IMG/VR virus record: IMGVR_UViG_3300027509_000014
Source of the DNA: a virus
DNA: 64,000 nt
Direction: 5' to 3' (one strand)
The notes under the pieces were generated by a model, which saw only the letters and a list, made by a program, of their open reading frames with translations, made no database searches and had not been told where the DNA came from. A program made the translations under genes and the position numbers. Below are positions 1 through 10,239 of the stretch, piece by piece. Numbering within the stretch: the first letter of the stretch is position 1; each line of letters begins with the position of its first letter.

Positions 1-2
1 AT

Positions 3-518
3 CTAAACGAAGGTAATGTTGAGGGTTGGGTGTTTGAGTTTAGGGTGCCTGATAATGGTCATATGGTCACTAAGCGAATAAAGCTAAAGACCGAGCAATA
101 TCGCAACCTACATTACATCGTCACTGGCTGGACTATGGGTAGTGGTGATTTACAAAGCCGGGTTCTGAAGGCTTTGTTGGCAGGTGCTGATCTAGAAGCG
201 CTTGAGTCAATTATTCCACAGGATCTTTACTTTGAGATACGTCAAGCTGAACTTGATGTTCACATGGACATGGCTAGAGCTAAAAACTTTACAAGTCGAA
301 ATTTCTTACAGGCGCTTAAGGCCGTCAAGAGCGAGGTTAATGATCCAGCAATTACTCGGGATATGATTGCTAATGAAGCCAAGTATAGAAAGATGTTTAT
401 TGTGCGGTCCGAAGCCTACAACAATAGCGAACTCCTTATGTCGATGCTTGACGGCAAAGACATTGATTGGTTGATTTTTTTGAAAGATCATTCTGATGGA
501 TCGCTGTATGATGGATAG
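3..518 (+). CDS. RNA ligase 1 (T4 Rnl1-like), C-terminal part; gene starts before the window
   Basis: Frame is open from base 3. EGWVFEF (motif IV-like) and RIKLKTEQYRNLH (motif V-like) are followed by a helical tail typical of phage Rnl1 ligases. Confidence 0.65.
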   Translation, partial: LNEGNVEGWVFEFRVPDNGHMVTKRIKLKTEQYRNLHYIVTGWTMGSGDLQSRVLKALLAGADLEALESIIPQDLYFEIRQAELDVHMDMARAKNFTSRNFLQALKAVKSEVNDPAITRDMIANEAKYRKMFIVRSEAYNNSELLMSMLDGKDIDWLIFLKDHSDGSLYDG

Positions 519-969
519 GTTTGCTTGGTTCGAGGGCCAGGCTAAAGAAGCGGGCGGCAGGTGGAGTCGCAGCTCTGCGACCAGAAAGCCTTTTCGTTGC
601 CCGACTTGCAAGAGAAAGCATTCTGGATTTATAGGCTTAGGCAAAAATGGAAAACTTTATCAATTTAAAACTTATAGACATGGTCGGATTAGTGAGCGAA
701 CTAAGCTGAACGCAAAGGCTAACAATCCTAATCTGGTTACATATGCCGGGAATACGTATGACTGGAAACGCAGTTATGGATATGTAGAGATTTTGAAGTG
801 TGTTGACCCTTATCATAACTCTCTTTGGGGCGATAGGAGAAGTGGCGAACCAGAAAGTATTCCAGACGGTTGGCGTAAAATGAACAAGGAAGACCACGAG
901 GCCGTCAAACTCCGTGCCCAAAAAACCAAGAAACGCAATCGCAAACGACAAGGGAAAAGCAAGAGATGA
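496..969 (+). CDS. basic hypothetical protein with a CxxC knuckle
   Basis: ORF overlaps both neighbours; CPTCKRKH; K/R-rich C-terminus. Confidence 0.6.
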   Translation: MDRCMMDRFAWFEGQAKEAGGRWSRSSATRKPFRCPTCKRKHSGFIGLGKNGKLYQFKTYRHGRISERTKLNAKANNPNLVTYAGNTYDWKRSYGYVEILKCVDPYHNSLWGDRRSGEPESIPDGWRKMNKEDHEAVKLRAQKTKKRNRKRQGKSKR

Positions 970-1232
970 AACCAATAGAATTCATGGAAAGTCTGGAAGA
1001 TTCTTATCTTTCCCGAGGAATAAATGGTTGGGACGGCAGAATCCTAGGCGTCGATGGCAACAGTTGGACGCTTTATTCATCCGAAATACACAGGTGGAGA
1101 ATCACGCTAAACGAGGACCCGCCCTGGGATTCAGAAGACGACCTAGAGCTTTACGAGAAGACATTTGAGTTTGAATCAGAAGCCGAAGTCCTGGCAGCAT
1201 GGTCTTCTCTAGTCATGGTGGTGAATGCGTAA
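966..1232 (+). CDS. hypothetical protein, paralog of 1459-1797
   Basis: Shares W-x-LY...WRI-x-LNED...F-x-SE-x-E...AW pattern with 1459-1797. Confidence 0.75.
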   Translation: MKPIEFMESLEDSYLSRGINGWDGRILGVDGNSWTLYSSEIHRWRITLNEDPPWDSEDDLELYEKTFEFESEAEVLAAWSSLVMVVNA

Positions 1233-1459
1233 TAGATATTTCAAGAAGAAAATTTTTCAGAACAGCTGGAGCAGGAGCCGCAGCCACCGCTGTTGCGGTC
1301 GCTACTAAGGACATTTCTTTAACTGATTCGCCTGATTTGTCTAACTCTAGCGCCATGAATACTTTAGTGATGTATAATAATTCGACGGGAATGATTAAAG
1401 ACAAATTTTTTAAATGCTCTCAACATTACCGCCGAAAGACTAGAAAAAGAAAAATATAA
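1199..1459 (+). CDS. small protein with twin-arginine (Tat)-like signal peptide; start uncertain
   Basis: SRRKFFRTAGAGAAATAVAVATK. Confidence 0.6.
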   Translation: MVFSSHGGECVIDISRRKFFRTAGAGAAATAVAVATKDISLTDSPDLSNSSAMNTLVMYNNSTGMIKDKFFKCSQHYRRKTRKRKI

Positions 1460-1797
1460 TGAACAACTCAAGAATAAAGATAATGAACAACTCAAGAATA
1501 ACTTTCCTGACCGCCTTAATGCGCTCAAATCATACGCAAAACGGTAAAGTCGATTGGCTGAACTACTTTGAGGACGATCAGGGAGATGAATGGAAGCTCT
1601 ATGGAGCTAGTTCAAATCATGATTGGAGGATTGTGCTTAATGAAGACTATATTTTTGACTCGTCCACAGAGGGCTGGATGAACGAATACAAAGCCAAAGT
1701 AAGCTTTGCTTTTAATTCTGAAATTGAGGCTAGGTCTGCTTGGGCGGTATTGATAGCCATGTCTACAACTAATGAAATAAGTAATCATGTCGATTAA
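1459..1797 (+). CDS. hypothetical protein, paralog of 966-1232
   Basis: Shared motifs as above; 24-bp duplication at its start (MNNSRIKI-MNNSRIT). Confidence 0.75.
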   Translation: MNNSRIKIMNNSRITFLTALMRSNHTQNGKVDWLNYFEDDQGDEWKLYGASSNHDWRIVLNEDYIFDSSTEGWMNEYKAKVSFAFNSEIEARSAWAVLIAMSTTNEISNHVD

Positions 1798-2146
1798 TCA
1801 ATCGAGACGGGGATTCTTCAGAACAGCTGGAGCAGGAGCCGCAGCCACCGCTGTTGCGGTCGCCACTAAGGACATTTCTTTAATCTCACAACCGGAAGAA
1901 GTTGTTAGTGGTGCGATGTGCAAGCCAGCGGAAGTAGAATTTGAGATAACTGGTACGGGTATGGCTGATGATCCGTATGTGTTTGAAGCTGTTGATCTAA
2001 ATGATAAACGTTCGATAACAGTTAGTAGAAGTGAGGGCATCTATACTTATGAATATTCTGATGGAGAAAAAGTTGAAATAGATCATTGCGCTGTAGTACG
2101 ATCTCATTACGAAGACCAACGCAAATTGAAAGGAAATACACAATGA
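1787..2146 (+). CDS. small protein with twin-arginine (Tat)-like signal peptide
   Basis: MSINQSRRGFFRTAGAGAAATAVAVATK. Confidence 0.75.
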   Translation: MSINQSRRGFFRTAGAGAAATAVAVATKDISLISQPEEVVSGAMCKPAEVEFEITGTGMADDPYVFEAVDLNDKRSITVSRSEGIYTYEYSDGEKVEIDHCAVVRSHYEDQRKLKGNTQ

Positions 2147-2670
2147 CGGTATTTGTAGTAGATGTGGAAAGCGATGGCCCCTGCCCTGGGCTTTATTCAA
2201 TGCTTTCTTTTGGAGCAGTGGCTTTGACGCCAGAGTTGGACAGAACATATTATATTGAGCTTAAACCAGTGACTGATAACTTTATACCAGAGGCTTTGGC
2301 TGTTAGCGGACTTGACCGTGAAGGGCTTAGACTTTATGGCCGTGATCCAGCTTGGGCTATGAATAATTTTGCGAGCTGGGTTACCGCAACGTCTAAAGGT
2401 CGACCTGTATTTATATCAGACAACAACGGATTCGATTTCGCTTTCATTAATTATTACTTTCACAAGTTTACCCCAGGAAACCCCTTCGGTTGGTCGAGCA
2501 GGAGATTGGGCGATCTTTGGTGCGGAATGCAAAGCGACACCTTTGCTGGCTGGAAACACCTTAGAGACACCAAGCATACGCACAACGCACTTGACGATGC
2601 TATGGGTAATGCTGAGGTCCTGCTAAAGATGAAAGATATGGGACTAAAGATTAACACGAAGGCAGACTGA
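2143..2670 (+). CDS. DEDDh 3'-5' exonuclease (Rv2179c-like exoribonuclease)
   Basis: VDVESDG (ExoI), NGFDFAF (ExoII), HNALDDA (ExoIII); SD AAGGA before ATG 2143. Confidence 0.85.
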   Translation: MTVFVVDVESDGPCPGLYSMLSFGAVALTPELDRTYYIELKPVTDNFIPEALAVSGLDREGLRLYGRDPAWAMNNFASWVTATSKGRPVFISDNNGFDFAFINYYFHKFTPGNPFGWSSRRLGDLWCGMQSDTFAGWKHLRDTKHTHNALDDAMGNAEVLLKMKDMGLKINTKAD

Positions 2671-2671
2671 T

Positions 2672-2902
2672 ATGGTTATATTTTTTATGCTTTGGGTATT
2701 TATTGGCCTTTGCTTTGCCATTCCAAATCTTGTAGACACATATTATAGAGACGGCTATGGTGGCGTTAAATACGAAGGCAAAAATTATCGCATTGTGAGA
2801 AAAGAATATTATGCTTTCGTTTTTTCAATATTATTTGTTTGTGTGTTGTGGCCACTGTTTACTATATATGATGTATACAACTTTATGGAAGAAAGGCGCT
2901 AA
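2672..2902 (+). CDS. small membrane protein
   Basis: Two hydrophobic segments. Confidence 0.65.
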   Translation: MVIFFMLWVFIGLCFAIPNLVDTYYRDGYGGVKYEGKNYRIVRKEYYAFVFSILFVCVLWPLFTIYDVYNFMEERR

Positions 2903-3197
2903 ATGATATTAATAGACGCCCGACCTCTTCTGGCTTGGCTTGACAATGAAGTTAAGTATGAGGACGCAATCTACTCTCAAGCCATCATAGATGTTATAGA
3001 TCACGTCAAGATGATGTGCGAAACAGAATCTTATGAAGAGGCAGATTTCAGAGACTGAGGTTGGTTTCGTTGCTCAGCAGTATACACTCAAAATATGGCA
3101 AAACCTAATCAGACTATTAAGGGTCTTGACAGAGCTGGCTGGCTGGGGATATGATGTATGGAGACCTGGCAACGATCAAAAGATTTAGAAAGAGAAA

Positions 3198-4403
3198 GTG
3201 GTAGTAACTATGTCCAATCAAATAGAAGTCAAGGCGTACCCAGTGCGCATCGAAGAACACCCAAGTGCCGACAGGCTAGAACTTGCCTTTGTGGGCGACT
3301 TCTCGTCTATTGTGCTCAAGGACAAGCACAAGACTGGCGAGCGAGTTCTGTTCATTCCAGCTATGGCCGTGCTGCCTGAGCCGGTGCTTAGGGGTTGTGG
3401 CCTATGGGACGAAGAAGCCGGTACTGGGGTGTTGTCGGGCAAGGATAAGAATCGGGTTAAGCCAATGAGGCTTAGGTCTGTGCTGTCGGAAGGCATCGTT
3501 GCTTCTTTTGATGACGTTGGTGTCGAAGAGTCTGATGACCCAGACCACAACTATGCCCATGAGCTGAGTATTACTAAGTATACTCCACGCATCCCAGAAA
3601 GCTTCTCCGGCCAGGTTTTTGCTGCTGTGGACTCACCACGTATGTGGGATACTCCAAACATGAAGCATCCTGAATACGTTGATATCTTTTCCGAGGGCGA
3701 GCTTGTCCAGATCACCGAGAAGATTCACGGCACTTGCCTGATTGCTCATTTCGAGCCAGAAGTTTATGGCGAACCCAACAGCGTCGTGTTTACTATTTCT
3801 TCCAAGGGTCAGTCTCAGGGCATGAAGGCCTTGGTTGAGTCCGATGCTAACGTTTACTGGAACGCCGCTCGCAAGTTTTATGTAGAATCAATCTCTGGAT
3901 ATATTTCTACTGTGGCTCAGAACTACGTAAAGCGCAACTGTGAGGGCTATGATGTTGGCGAGCACCCTACTGTGTCTATCTTTGGCGAAGTCTTTGGCCC
4001 CGGCATTCAGGGCGGATTTGCTTATGCCCAAGAAGAGAAAAAGCTGGCTATATTCAGCGTTGTGTTGAACAAGGGTAAGTCAAACGAGTTTGATTTTTCA
4101 GAAGTCTTGTCTTCTGTATTGCTGCGGGAAGCTTCGAGCGTGTTGGGGATTCCCGTTGAGGAGACGCCCATCACCGTTCCGCTTCTTTACAGCGGCCCCT
4201 GGTCGCCAGATTTGCTTGACAAGCATTTGGCAGGCAACAGTGTTGTTAGCAAAATGTTTGACCTCAACGCTGGTCCTGGCAATATTCGAGAAGGTGTTGT
4301 CATCAAAAGCCTTGAAGTCCCACCGGGCGATAGGCCAAAATTTGTCAAAATGCATAGTCCTGATTTCTTAACTCGGGGCGGAGAGGTTACTGAATATGAG
4401 TAG
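3198..4403 (+). CDS. RNA ligase, DRB0094/Rnl5 family
   Basis: N-terminal [12 protein letters not shown]-like domain; TEKIHGT (motif I), [20 protein letters not shown]. Confidence 0.9.
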   Translation: MVVTMSNQIEVKAYPVRIEEHPSADRLELAFVGDFSSIVLKDKHKTGERVLFIPAMAVLPEPVLRGCGLWDEEAGTGVLSGKDKNRVKPMRLRSVLSEGIVASFDDVGVEESDDPDHNYAHELSITKYTPRIPESFSGQVFAAVDSPRMWDTPNMKHPEYVDIFSEGELVQITEKIHGTCLIAHFEPEVYGEPNSVVFTISSKGQSQGMKALVESDANVYWNAARKFYVESISGYISTVAQNYVKRNCEGYDVGEHPTVSIFGEVFGPGIQGGFAYAQEEKKLAIFSVVLNKGKSNEFDFSEVLSSVLLREASSVLGIPVEETPITVPLLYSGPWSPDLLDKHLAGNSVVSKMFDLNAGPGNIREGVVIKSLEVPPGDRPKFVKMHSPDFLTRGGEVTEYE

Positions 4404-5373
4404 AGTAGTTAATGGTTGTGTGATTAAACCAAACGCTGATTTGCGCAACGCTAATTTGACTGGCGTTGATTTGACTGACGCTAATTTAGCTAGCGCCGAT
4501 TTGACTGACGCTTATTTAAATGGCGCTCGTTTGACTGGAGCTAATTTGCGTGACGCCAATTTGACTGGCGCTCGTTTGACTGGCGCTTATTTGACTGACG
4601 CTGTTTTGACTGGCGCTAATTTAGCTGGCGCTGTTTTAGCTGGCGCTGATTTGACTGACGCTAATTTGCGTGGCGCTGTTTTGACTGGCGCTAATTTAAC
4701 TGGCGCTTATTTAAATGGCGCTAATTTGCGTGACGCCAATTTGCGTGACGCCAATTTGGATCGCGTTAATTTTTACAACGCCAATTTGCTTGGCGCCAGT
4801 TTGCGTGATGCTAATTTGGGTGGTGCTAGTTTGTTTGGCGCTAATTTGCGTGGCGCCAATTTGCGCAACGCCAATTTGCGTGGCGCTAATTTAAATGGCG
4901 CTAATTTGCGTGGTGCCAATTTGCGTGACGCTAGTTTGCTTGGCGCTAATTTAAATGGCGCTGATTTGCGTGAGGCTAATTTGCGTGGCGCTTTTTGGGC
5001 TGAGGCTAATTTGAGTGACGCTTTTTGGGCTGAGGCTAATTTGAGTGGTGTTAATCTTGAGTGCGCTACCCTTCCTGCTGGTTATAACTGGTGGCAGGGA
5101 GGTGCGTTCGGCCCCCGTAAGAGAATGATTAGGGTATTGATTTTATCTGATGATAAATTACACATACAGACTGGTTGTCGAATCCACGATAGCGTCGGCT
5201 CTGCCTGCGCCTTTGTGCAGAGTAGATTTAATGACTGGAAAGCAGAGTACAACTCTGCTGAACGTGCTCAGTTTGAGATAGACTCCGAAATAGCAATAAT
5301 AAATTACGCAGTAGAACTGCTGCAAAAGACTCGTGAGCTAGAGAGAAGATTGACCAATGTCGAAAACAAGTAA
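4396..5373 (+). CDS. pentapeptide-repeat protein with C-terminal domain
   Basis: About 40 A-(N/D)-L-x-x repeats followed by a ...IQTGC... domain. Confidence 0.9.
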   Translation: MSRVVNGCVIKPNADLRNANLTGVDLTDANLASADLTDAYLNGARLTGANLRDANLTGARLTGAYLTDAVLTGANLAGAVLAGADLTDANLRGAVLTGANLTGAYLNGANLRDANLRDANLDRVNFYNANLLGASLRDANLGGASLFGANLRGANLRNANLRGANLNGANLRGANLRDASLLGANLNGADLREANLRGAFWAEANLSDAFWAEANLSGVNLECATLPAGYNWWQGGAFGPRKRMIRVLILSDDKLHIQTGCRIHDSVGSACAFVQSRFNDWKAEYNSAERAQFEIDSEIAIINYAVELLQKTRELERRLTNVENK

Positions 5374-5635
5374 GAGTCCTAGTAATATTGCTGGTGATTT
5401 AGAACAAGCCGGTGCAGCTATCGAGAAACTAGAAAGTGTTGTTATGTCTATCCATAAAGGAGTAGACAAGATTCTTAATTCTGGTATTTCCGAGTCAGCT
5501 TTGGTAAACATGATCCAGCATGCGGCTCATGGTAAGCCAAAGAAGGCTGATATCATTGCCACAATAGATGGTTTGGCGAATCTTTGGGACTATCTGTACG
5601 GCGAAGACGATGAGCCGTTTCAGGTTCAGCATTAA
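5357..5635 (+). CDS. hypothetical protein
   Basis: ORF in operon context. Confidence 0.65.
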   Translation: MSKTSKSPSNIAGDLEQAGAAIEKLESVVMSIHKGVDKILNSGISESALVNMIQHAAHGKPKKADIIATIDGLANLWDYLYGEDDEPFQVQH

Positions 5636-5687
5636 TCGGAATCTAAAACAAGTTGCTTTTGGTGGTCATTTAAGATAGGATGCAATC

Positions 5688-6506
5688 ATGAAAGTACTAA
5701 TGGTGGGCGACACCCACGGCAACCCTCGCTGGATGATCAAAGCTGTGTATCCAGCGGCTAAAGCTCTTGAGATAGATTTGATATGCTCCTTAGGTGACTT
5801 CGGTTTTTGGCCAGATCACAACGGGAATAATCCTTTTTTGGATACTGTTTCCGAACTAGCATTTGAATCAGATATTCCGCTTTATTTCATCGACGGCAAC
5901 CACGAGAACCATGACCAGCTTGACCACGATGCCGATGAATTTGTGGAGATCCTTACCAGACTTTACTACATTCCTCGTGGCCATGCTTGGACATGGGGCC
6001 AGACAGACTTTGTGGCGCTTGGTGGTGCTTGGTCTATCGACCACAAGTACCGTACGCTTGGCTTTGATTTATTTAGAGAAGAAGAGCCTGACAAGGCTCA
6101 GATCGAGCGGGCCATGTCACATACGGCTGACGTAGTGCTCACCCATGACTGCACCATCCCGGCCTTTGATTATCTCTATCCTCCCGGCTATGGTCGGGTA
6201 GAGGGCGGCATGGGCACTCGGCGCGCTATTGGCGAAGTTGCAGTCAGTTCTGGCGCAGCGTTAAACATTCATGGCCACCATCATCATAGCTATAGTAAGA
6301 TTGTACGATTGCACGTTGGTCATCCCACTGAAACCTCTTTGCTTTCCGTTGGGCTTGCTAATGAATTCGCCAACAGAAACATGTTGATCCTAAACACTGA
6401 CTTTGATAAAGAAGACCCTAATTGGATCGAAGGATTTGTCCAACCCAAGTGGGGTACATTTCCGCCTGATCAAGGCTACAAAATTAAGAGGCTTGAAGAT
6501 GTATAG
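5688..6506 (+). CDS. calcineurin-like metallophosphoesterase (leaderless)
   Basis: GDTHG, GDFG, GNHEN, THD, HGHHH motifs; TTGCTT-N17-TAGGAT promoter ends 6 nt before the ATG. Confidence 0.9.
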   Translation: MKVLMVGDTHGNPRWMIKAVYPAAKALEIDLICSLGDFGFWPDHNGNNPFLDTVSELAFESDIPLYFIDGNHENHDQLDHDADEFVEILTRLYYIPRGHAWTWGQTDFVALGGAWSIDHKYRTLGFDLFREEEPDKAQIERAMSHTADVVLTHDCTIPAFDYLYPPGYGRVEGGMGTRRAIGEVAVSSGAALNIHGHHHHSYSKIVRLHVGHPTETSLLSVGLANEFANRNMLILNTDFDKEDPNWIEGFVQPKWGTFPPDQGYKIKRLEDV

Positions 6507-6762
6507 GATTTTATCAGAAGGCAATTTGCTTTATAGCGACAAGCACGGATATGCTTTTGTTCATTCATATTGCTGCAATGAGAATGAATCTATTAAATCT
6601 ATTAAGAGGCTTAGGTTGGAAGAAGTCGACGAAAGACCTCTTGTTCTGGCGACTCGCTCAGGCCAGCCTGCTTGGTTTATCAGAGTGGGCAAAGACGGCA
6701 CGTTGGAAGATTCTGATGGAACCTTCTGGGAAGAGAAAGTGGATTATGATTATGTCAGATGA
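6499..6762 (+). CDS. hypothetical protein
   Basis: ATG overlaps the end of the previous gene. Confidence 0.55.
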   Translation: MYRILSEGNLLYSDKHGYAFVHSYCCNENESIKSIKRLRLEEVDERPLVLATRSGQPAWFIRVGKDGTLEDSDGTFWEEKVDYDYVR

Positions 6763-7183
6763 TAGAGACAGTAATAATGTCGAAACCAGCGGTTTCGAAG
6801 CTTGGGCTAGTGGGCCGGTGCATAGAAAGCTTTGGGCGTCAATGGTAAAGTTTAAACATCCTGTGTACAAAGACAATACACTTGTCATGGTTGGGGATAT
6901 GGTTAGGCTAGCCCACACAGATAAGCATATGGGTGGTGACTATATGGTGCTTAATATTAGGGCTGAGCAGAGGGGGCTGGCTGAGGAACCAGTAGTCGAG
7001 CTTGGCGAGCCTTTCGAGGACCCCAAAGATGTTGTGACCGCCTATGCTTCATCTAAGTTGTCTTTGTCTGACTTGGGCGATATAGTGAGGGCAACGCCCA
7101 CTTTTGATTTCAACAAGCTAAGCCATTGGTCTGAATATAGACCAGATATGGAAGGAAAATCCTGGGAACCTTCTGTTGTTTAA
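6752..7183 (+). CDS. hypothetical protein
   Basis: ORF in operon context. Confidence 0.6.
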   Translation: MSDDRDSNNVETSGFEAWASGPVHRKLWASMVKFKHPVYKDNTLVMVGDMVRLAHTDKHMGGDYMVLNIRAEQRGLAEEPVVELGEPFEDPKDVVTAYASSKLSLSDLGDIVRATPTFDFNKLSHWSEYRPDMEGKSWEPSVV

Positions 7184-7211
7184 ATAACAGATATGGATAA
7201 GGAAGTGAAAT

Positions 7212-7937
7212 GTGACTAAGTCAGATGATATTTATAAGCCTACCGATCATTATTGGAAGGCAATGGAAATAGATATTGATATTTGCGAAGAGATAGCTAA
7301 GACCTTGACTGGTCAGGACGATAACGGTAATTTCACTAGACCTGGCCAAAACGTAGCCGTAGTAACGGTTGGTATTTCAGGTTCTGGAAAAACCACTCTT
7401 GCCAACGAAGTCGCTTCCGGTGCTGGATTTGCCGCCACCCAAATTGCTTCTGAGTCGAACTATGGCGGTCCTCAGATTTTGGGTTCCTTTATTCGACTTT
7501 CGAGAGATTCTGTCCGAGATGCTTTATCTAACGGTGAATATTCTGGAGACAATATTTGGGATTGGTCAAGAGAAGAAGAAGTCACTGAATACATTGACGA
7601 TGCGCTAGATTATCTCAGTGAAACTGATCAGCCAAAACACTTAGTCTTGTTTGACGACACGAATCTTAATTCTCGATTCTTTCCACAAATGATTGATAAA
7701 CTTCACGGCTTGGGGTATAAGATCTTTGAAAAAAAGCTGCATACTCCGGTTGATGTATGTGTTAAGCGTATTGTGGATCGATATCATGAGACCGGGCGCG
7801 CTGTGCCGATGAAGGTTTTGGCTTCTCAAATCAAAATGTTTTATGGTAACGAGACGGCAAATGAAATATTAGCCGAACCTGAGATTGTAGAATTAATGAC
7901 TTGGGCTGATAAAGAAATGGAAATCAACAATGGCTAA
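7212..7937 (+). CDS. P-loop kinase, polynucleotide kinase (AAA_33)-like
   Basis: GISGSGKTT Walker A; RLSRDSVR; FDDTN; lid CVKR. Confidence 0.85.
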   Translation: MTKSDDIYKPTDHYWKAMEIDIDICEEIAKTLTGQDDNGNFTRPGQNVAVVTVGISGSGKTTLANEVASGAGFAATQIASESNYGGPQILGSFIRLSRDSVRDALSNGEYSGDNIWDWSREEEVTEYIDDALDYLSETDQPKHLVLFDDTNLNSRFFPQMIDKLHGLGYKIFEKKLHTPVDVCVKRIVDRYHETGRAVPMKVLASQIKMFYGNETANEILAEPEIVELMTWADKEMEINNG

Positions 7938-8013
7938 ATCAACAATGGAGATCAACAATGGAGATCAACAATGGAGATCAACAATGGAGATCAACAATGA
8001 GCGAATCAACAAT
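7921..8013 (+). repeat. tandem 13-bp repeat AGATCAACAATGG; 7 copies of the ATCAACAATG core
   Basis: Read directly; junctions form GGAG-N7-ATG. Confidence 0.95.
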
Positions 8014-8968
8014 GACTGAAGATGTTCAAAAAGGCTGGAAGATAACCGAACTAGACGGGACAACTTATGACGGCTACCGCTGGCCGCTTCCTATGCCTGG
8101 GGAAATAGTAAAGGTCATGGCTGACGATCCCTATATTTCAAATACCTCAGCCTGCCCCAGCTATCCCGGAGACGGTCTCTGCGTCGTCAGGGAAGGAATT
8201 TATCGCCACGTCACATCGGGAGGCATTAGTCTTAATCGTTCTATAGGGCTTAAGCTTGAGTGGGACAAAAAAGACGAGCTTGGTCATGAAGATAACGAAA
8301 AAATCCGTGTTCGAGAAGTAGAAGTAATTGGTATTTTTGATCCTATAAAGGCTCTCAGAGAAGGAGGAATGATTATAGCCAATAATGATGGCTTGCGTGA
8401 CGCTAATTTGCGTGGCGCTGATTTGCTTGGCGCCGATTTGACGGGCGCCGATTTAAATTACGCTAATTTGGGTCGCGCTGTTTTGGCTGGCGCTGTTTTG
8501 GGTGGCGCTGTTCTGACTGGCGCTAATTTGCGTGACGCCAATTTGGCTGGCGCTCGTTTGGCTGGCGCCAATTTGTTTGGCGCTGTTTTGACTGGCGCTG
8601 ATTTGTTTGGCGCTGTTTTGCGCCACGCTAATTTGCGTGGCGCTAGTTTGTTTGGCGCTAATTTGCGTGGTGCTGTTTTGACTGGCGCTAATTTGCGCAA
8701 CGCTGATTTGACTGACGCTCGTTTGACTGGCTCTAATTTGCGTGACGCTAATTTAATTGGCGCTAATTTGACTGACGCTGTTTTAACTGGCGCTGATTTG
8801 CGTGGCGCTAATTTGCGTGACGCCGATTTGCGTAGCGCCGATTTGGATCGCGTTAATTTTTACAACGCCAATTTGACTGGCGCTAGTTTGTTTGGCGCTG
8901 ATTTGCGTGGCGCTAGTTTGGCTGGCGCAATTCATTCAAATCAAGCTGAATTAAAGCCATATGTCTAA
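7997..8968 (+). CDS. pentapeptide-repeat protein with N-terminal domain
   Basis: About 135-aa non-repeat domain, then about 35 A-x-L-x-G/D repeats; last GGAG-N7-ATG gives start 7997. Confidence 0.88.
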   Translation: MSESTMTEDVQKGWKITELDGTTYDGYRWPLPMPGEIVKVMADDPYISNTSACPSYPGDGLCVVREGIYRHVTSGGISLNRSIGLKLEWDKKDELGHEDNEKIRVREVEVIGIFDPIKALREGGMIIANNDGLRDANLRGADLLGADLTGADLNYANLGRAVLAGAVLGGAVLTGANLRDANLAGARLAGANLFGAVLTGADLFGAVLRHANLRGASLFGANLRGAVLTGANLRNADLTDARLTGSNLRDANLIGANLTDAVLTGADLRGANLRDADLRSADLDRVNFYNANLTGASLFGADLRGASLAGAIHSNQAELKPYV

Positions 8969-9064
8969 AATAAGAAACGCTGGCCCTAAAGAAAGCCAAG
9001 TTGTGCTCGCTTTCGGACGAAGAACTTGATAAGCTAATAGCTATATCTACAGAAAGAGAAATCT

Positions 9065-9274
9065 ATGGTTAGCAATTTAGAGTTTCAAAAATCTAGTGCT
9101 AGGCCGAGCAAACTTGGCCCTAAGTCAATTTTAACTTCAGAGCAGATAACGACAAGTGATGAAATAGATCTTTTGTATGAAGCTATTAAAATGCTAGATG
9201 GCGGAAATATAGCTTTGAGCGCCGCCGCTAAGATTATAGCAAACAGAATCAAAGAACGAGAAGGCATAAAGTAA
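9065..9274 (+). CDS. hypothetical protein
   Basis: ORF in operon context. Confidence 0.55.
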   Translation: MVSNLEFQKSSARPSKLGPKSILTSEQITTSDEIDLLYEAIKMLDGGNIALSAAAKIIANRIKEREGIK

Positions 9275-9275
9275 A

Positions 9276-10034
9276 GTGAACGACGTAGACAAGATTAAAG
9301 CAGACGCCGATGCCAGGGATGAAGAGATCCTGCTTATGGGTGTGACTGGCTCAACAGCCTATGGATTGGCTCACGCTGACTCTGACATCGATCGACTGGG
9401 CATCTATGCTGTGCCCACGGAGCGGGTGTTTGACATTGGCTGGAACCAAGGCAAGGCTTCTCGGGTAAGCAACGATCCAGATGTTCAGCTTCACGAAATC
9501 GGCAAGTATCTCAAGCTCATTCTCTCCGGCAATCCAACAATCACCGAACTGCTCTATTTGAATGAATATGATATTGGGCCAAAGACTGATGTTGGATACA
9601 ATGGCTATTGGTCAGGTCGGCTTATGACCAATAGGCAAAAGTTAACCAGCACCAAGGCTGTCAAGGAAGCTTATGTTAGTTATGCTGTAGCTCAAGCCAA
9701 TCGACTAGCTAATCGTCAAGAGAATGGCCAGAAGGGATTTAACTCAGACCTAGCCAAACGCACGGCTAAGCACGGCCGACACTGCTTTAGACTGCTCCTG
9801 CAGGCCGAGCAACTGCTCACCGAGGGTACGATAACCATTGATGTTTCTGGGCACAGAGACGAGCTATTCTCAATGGGTGAGCTAGCTGAAACGAATGTGT
9901 CAAAGTTCCAAGAGGTATTTGAGACTCGCAAGCAAGAAATTGATAACATGGAGTCAGTATTGGCTGATGATCCAGACTACGAATTTGTTCAAGATTTTCT
10001 GAGAAAATTTAGAAAGTCAAGATTGAGAAGATAA
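9276..10034 (+). CDS. Pol-beta-like nucleotidyltransferase, Nuc-transf/RlaP family
   Basis: GSTAYGLAHADSDIDRLGIY; HEIGKY...NPTITELL. Confidence 0.88.
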   Translation: MNDVDKIKADADARDEEILLMGVTGSTAYGLAHADSDIDRLGIYAVPTERVFDIGWNQGKASRVSNDPDVQLHEIGKYLKLILSGNPTITELLYLNEYDIGPKTDVGYNGYWSGRLMTNRQKLTSTKAVKEAYVSYAVAQANRLANRQENGQKGFNSDLAKRTAKHGRHCFRLLLQAEQLLTEGTITIDVSGHRDELFSMGELAETNVSKFQEVFETRKQEIDNMESVLADDPDYEFVQDFLRKFRKSRLRR

Positions 10035-10239
10035 TACGAAAATGAAGATTGGGCGAAGAAATTGATTGGTTTAATGCCGCCGAACTACTTGGCGTTCCCA
10101 ACAAAACAGAAGGATCTAGTTTTAGTGGCTTATTCTCAACCAATAATAGTAAGCAGAGTATTTTGGAAGAACTGAATTTTAGATTAGAACAAGACCTGCA
10201 AGAACAGGCAAAGTTATAAACAAATTCAACTCGTATTGT

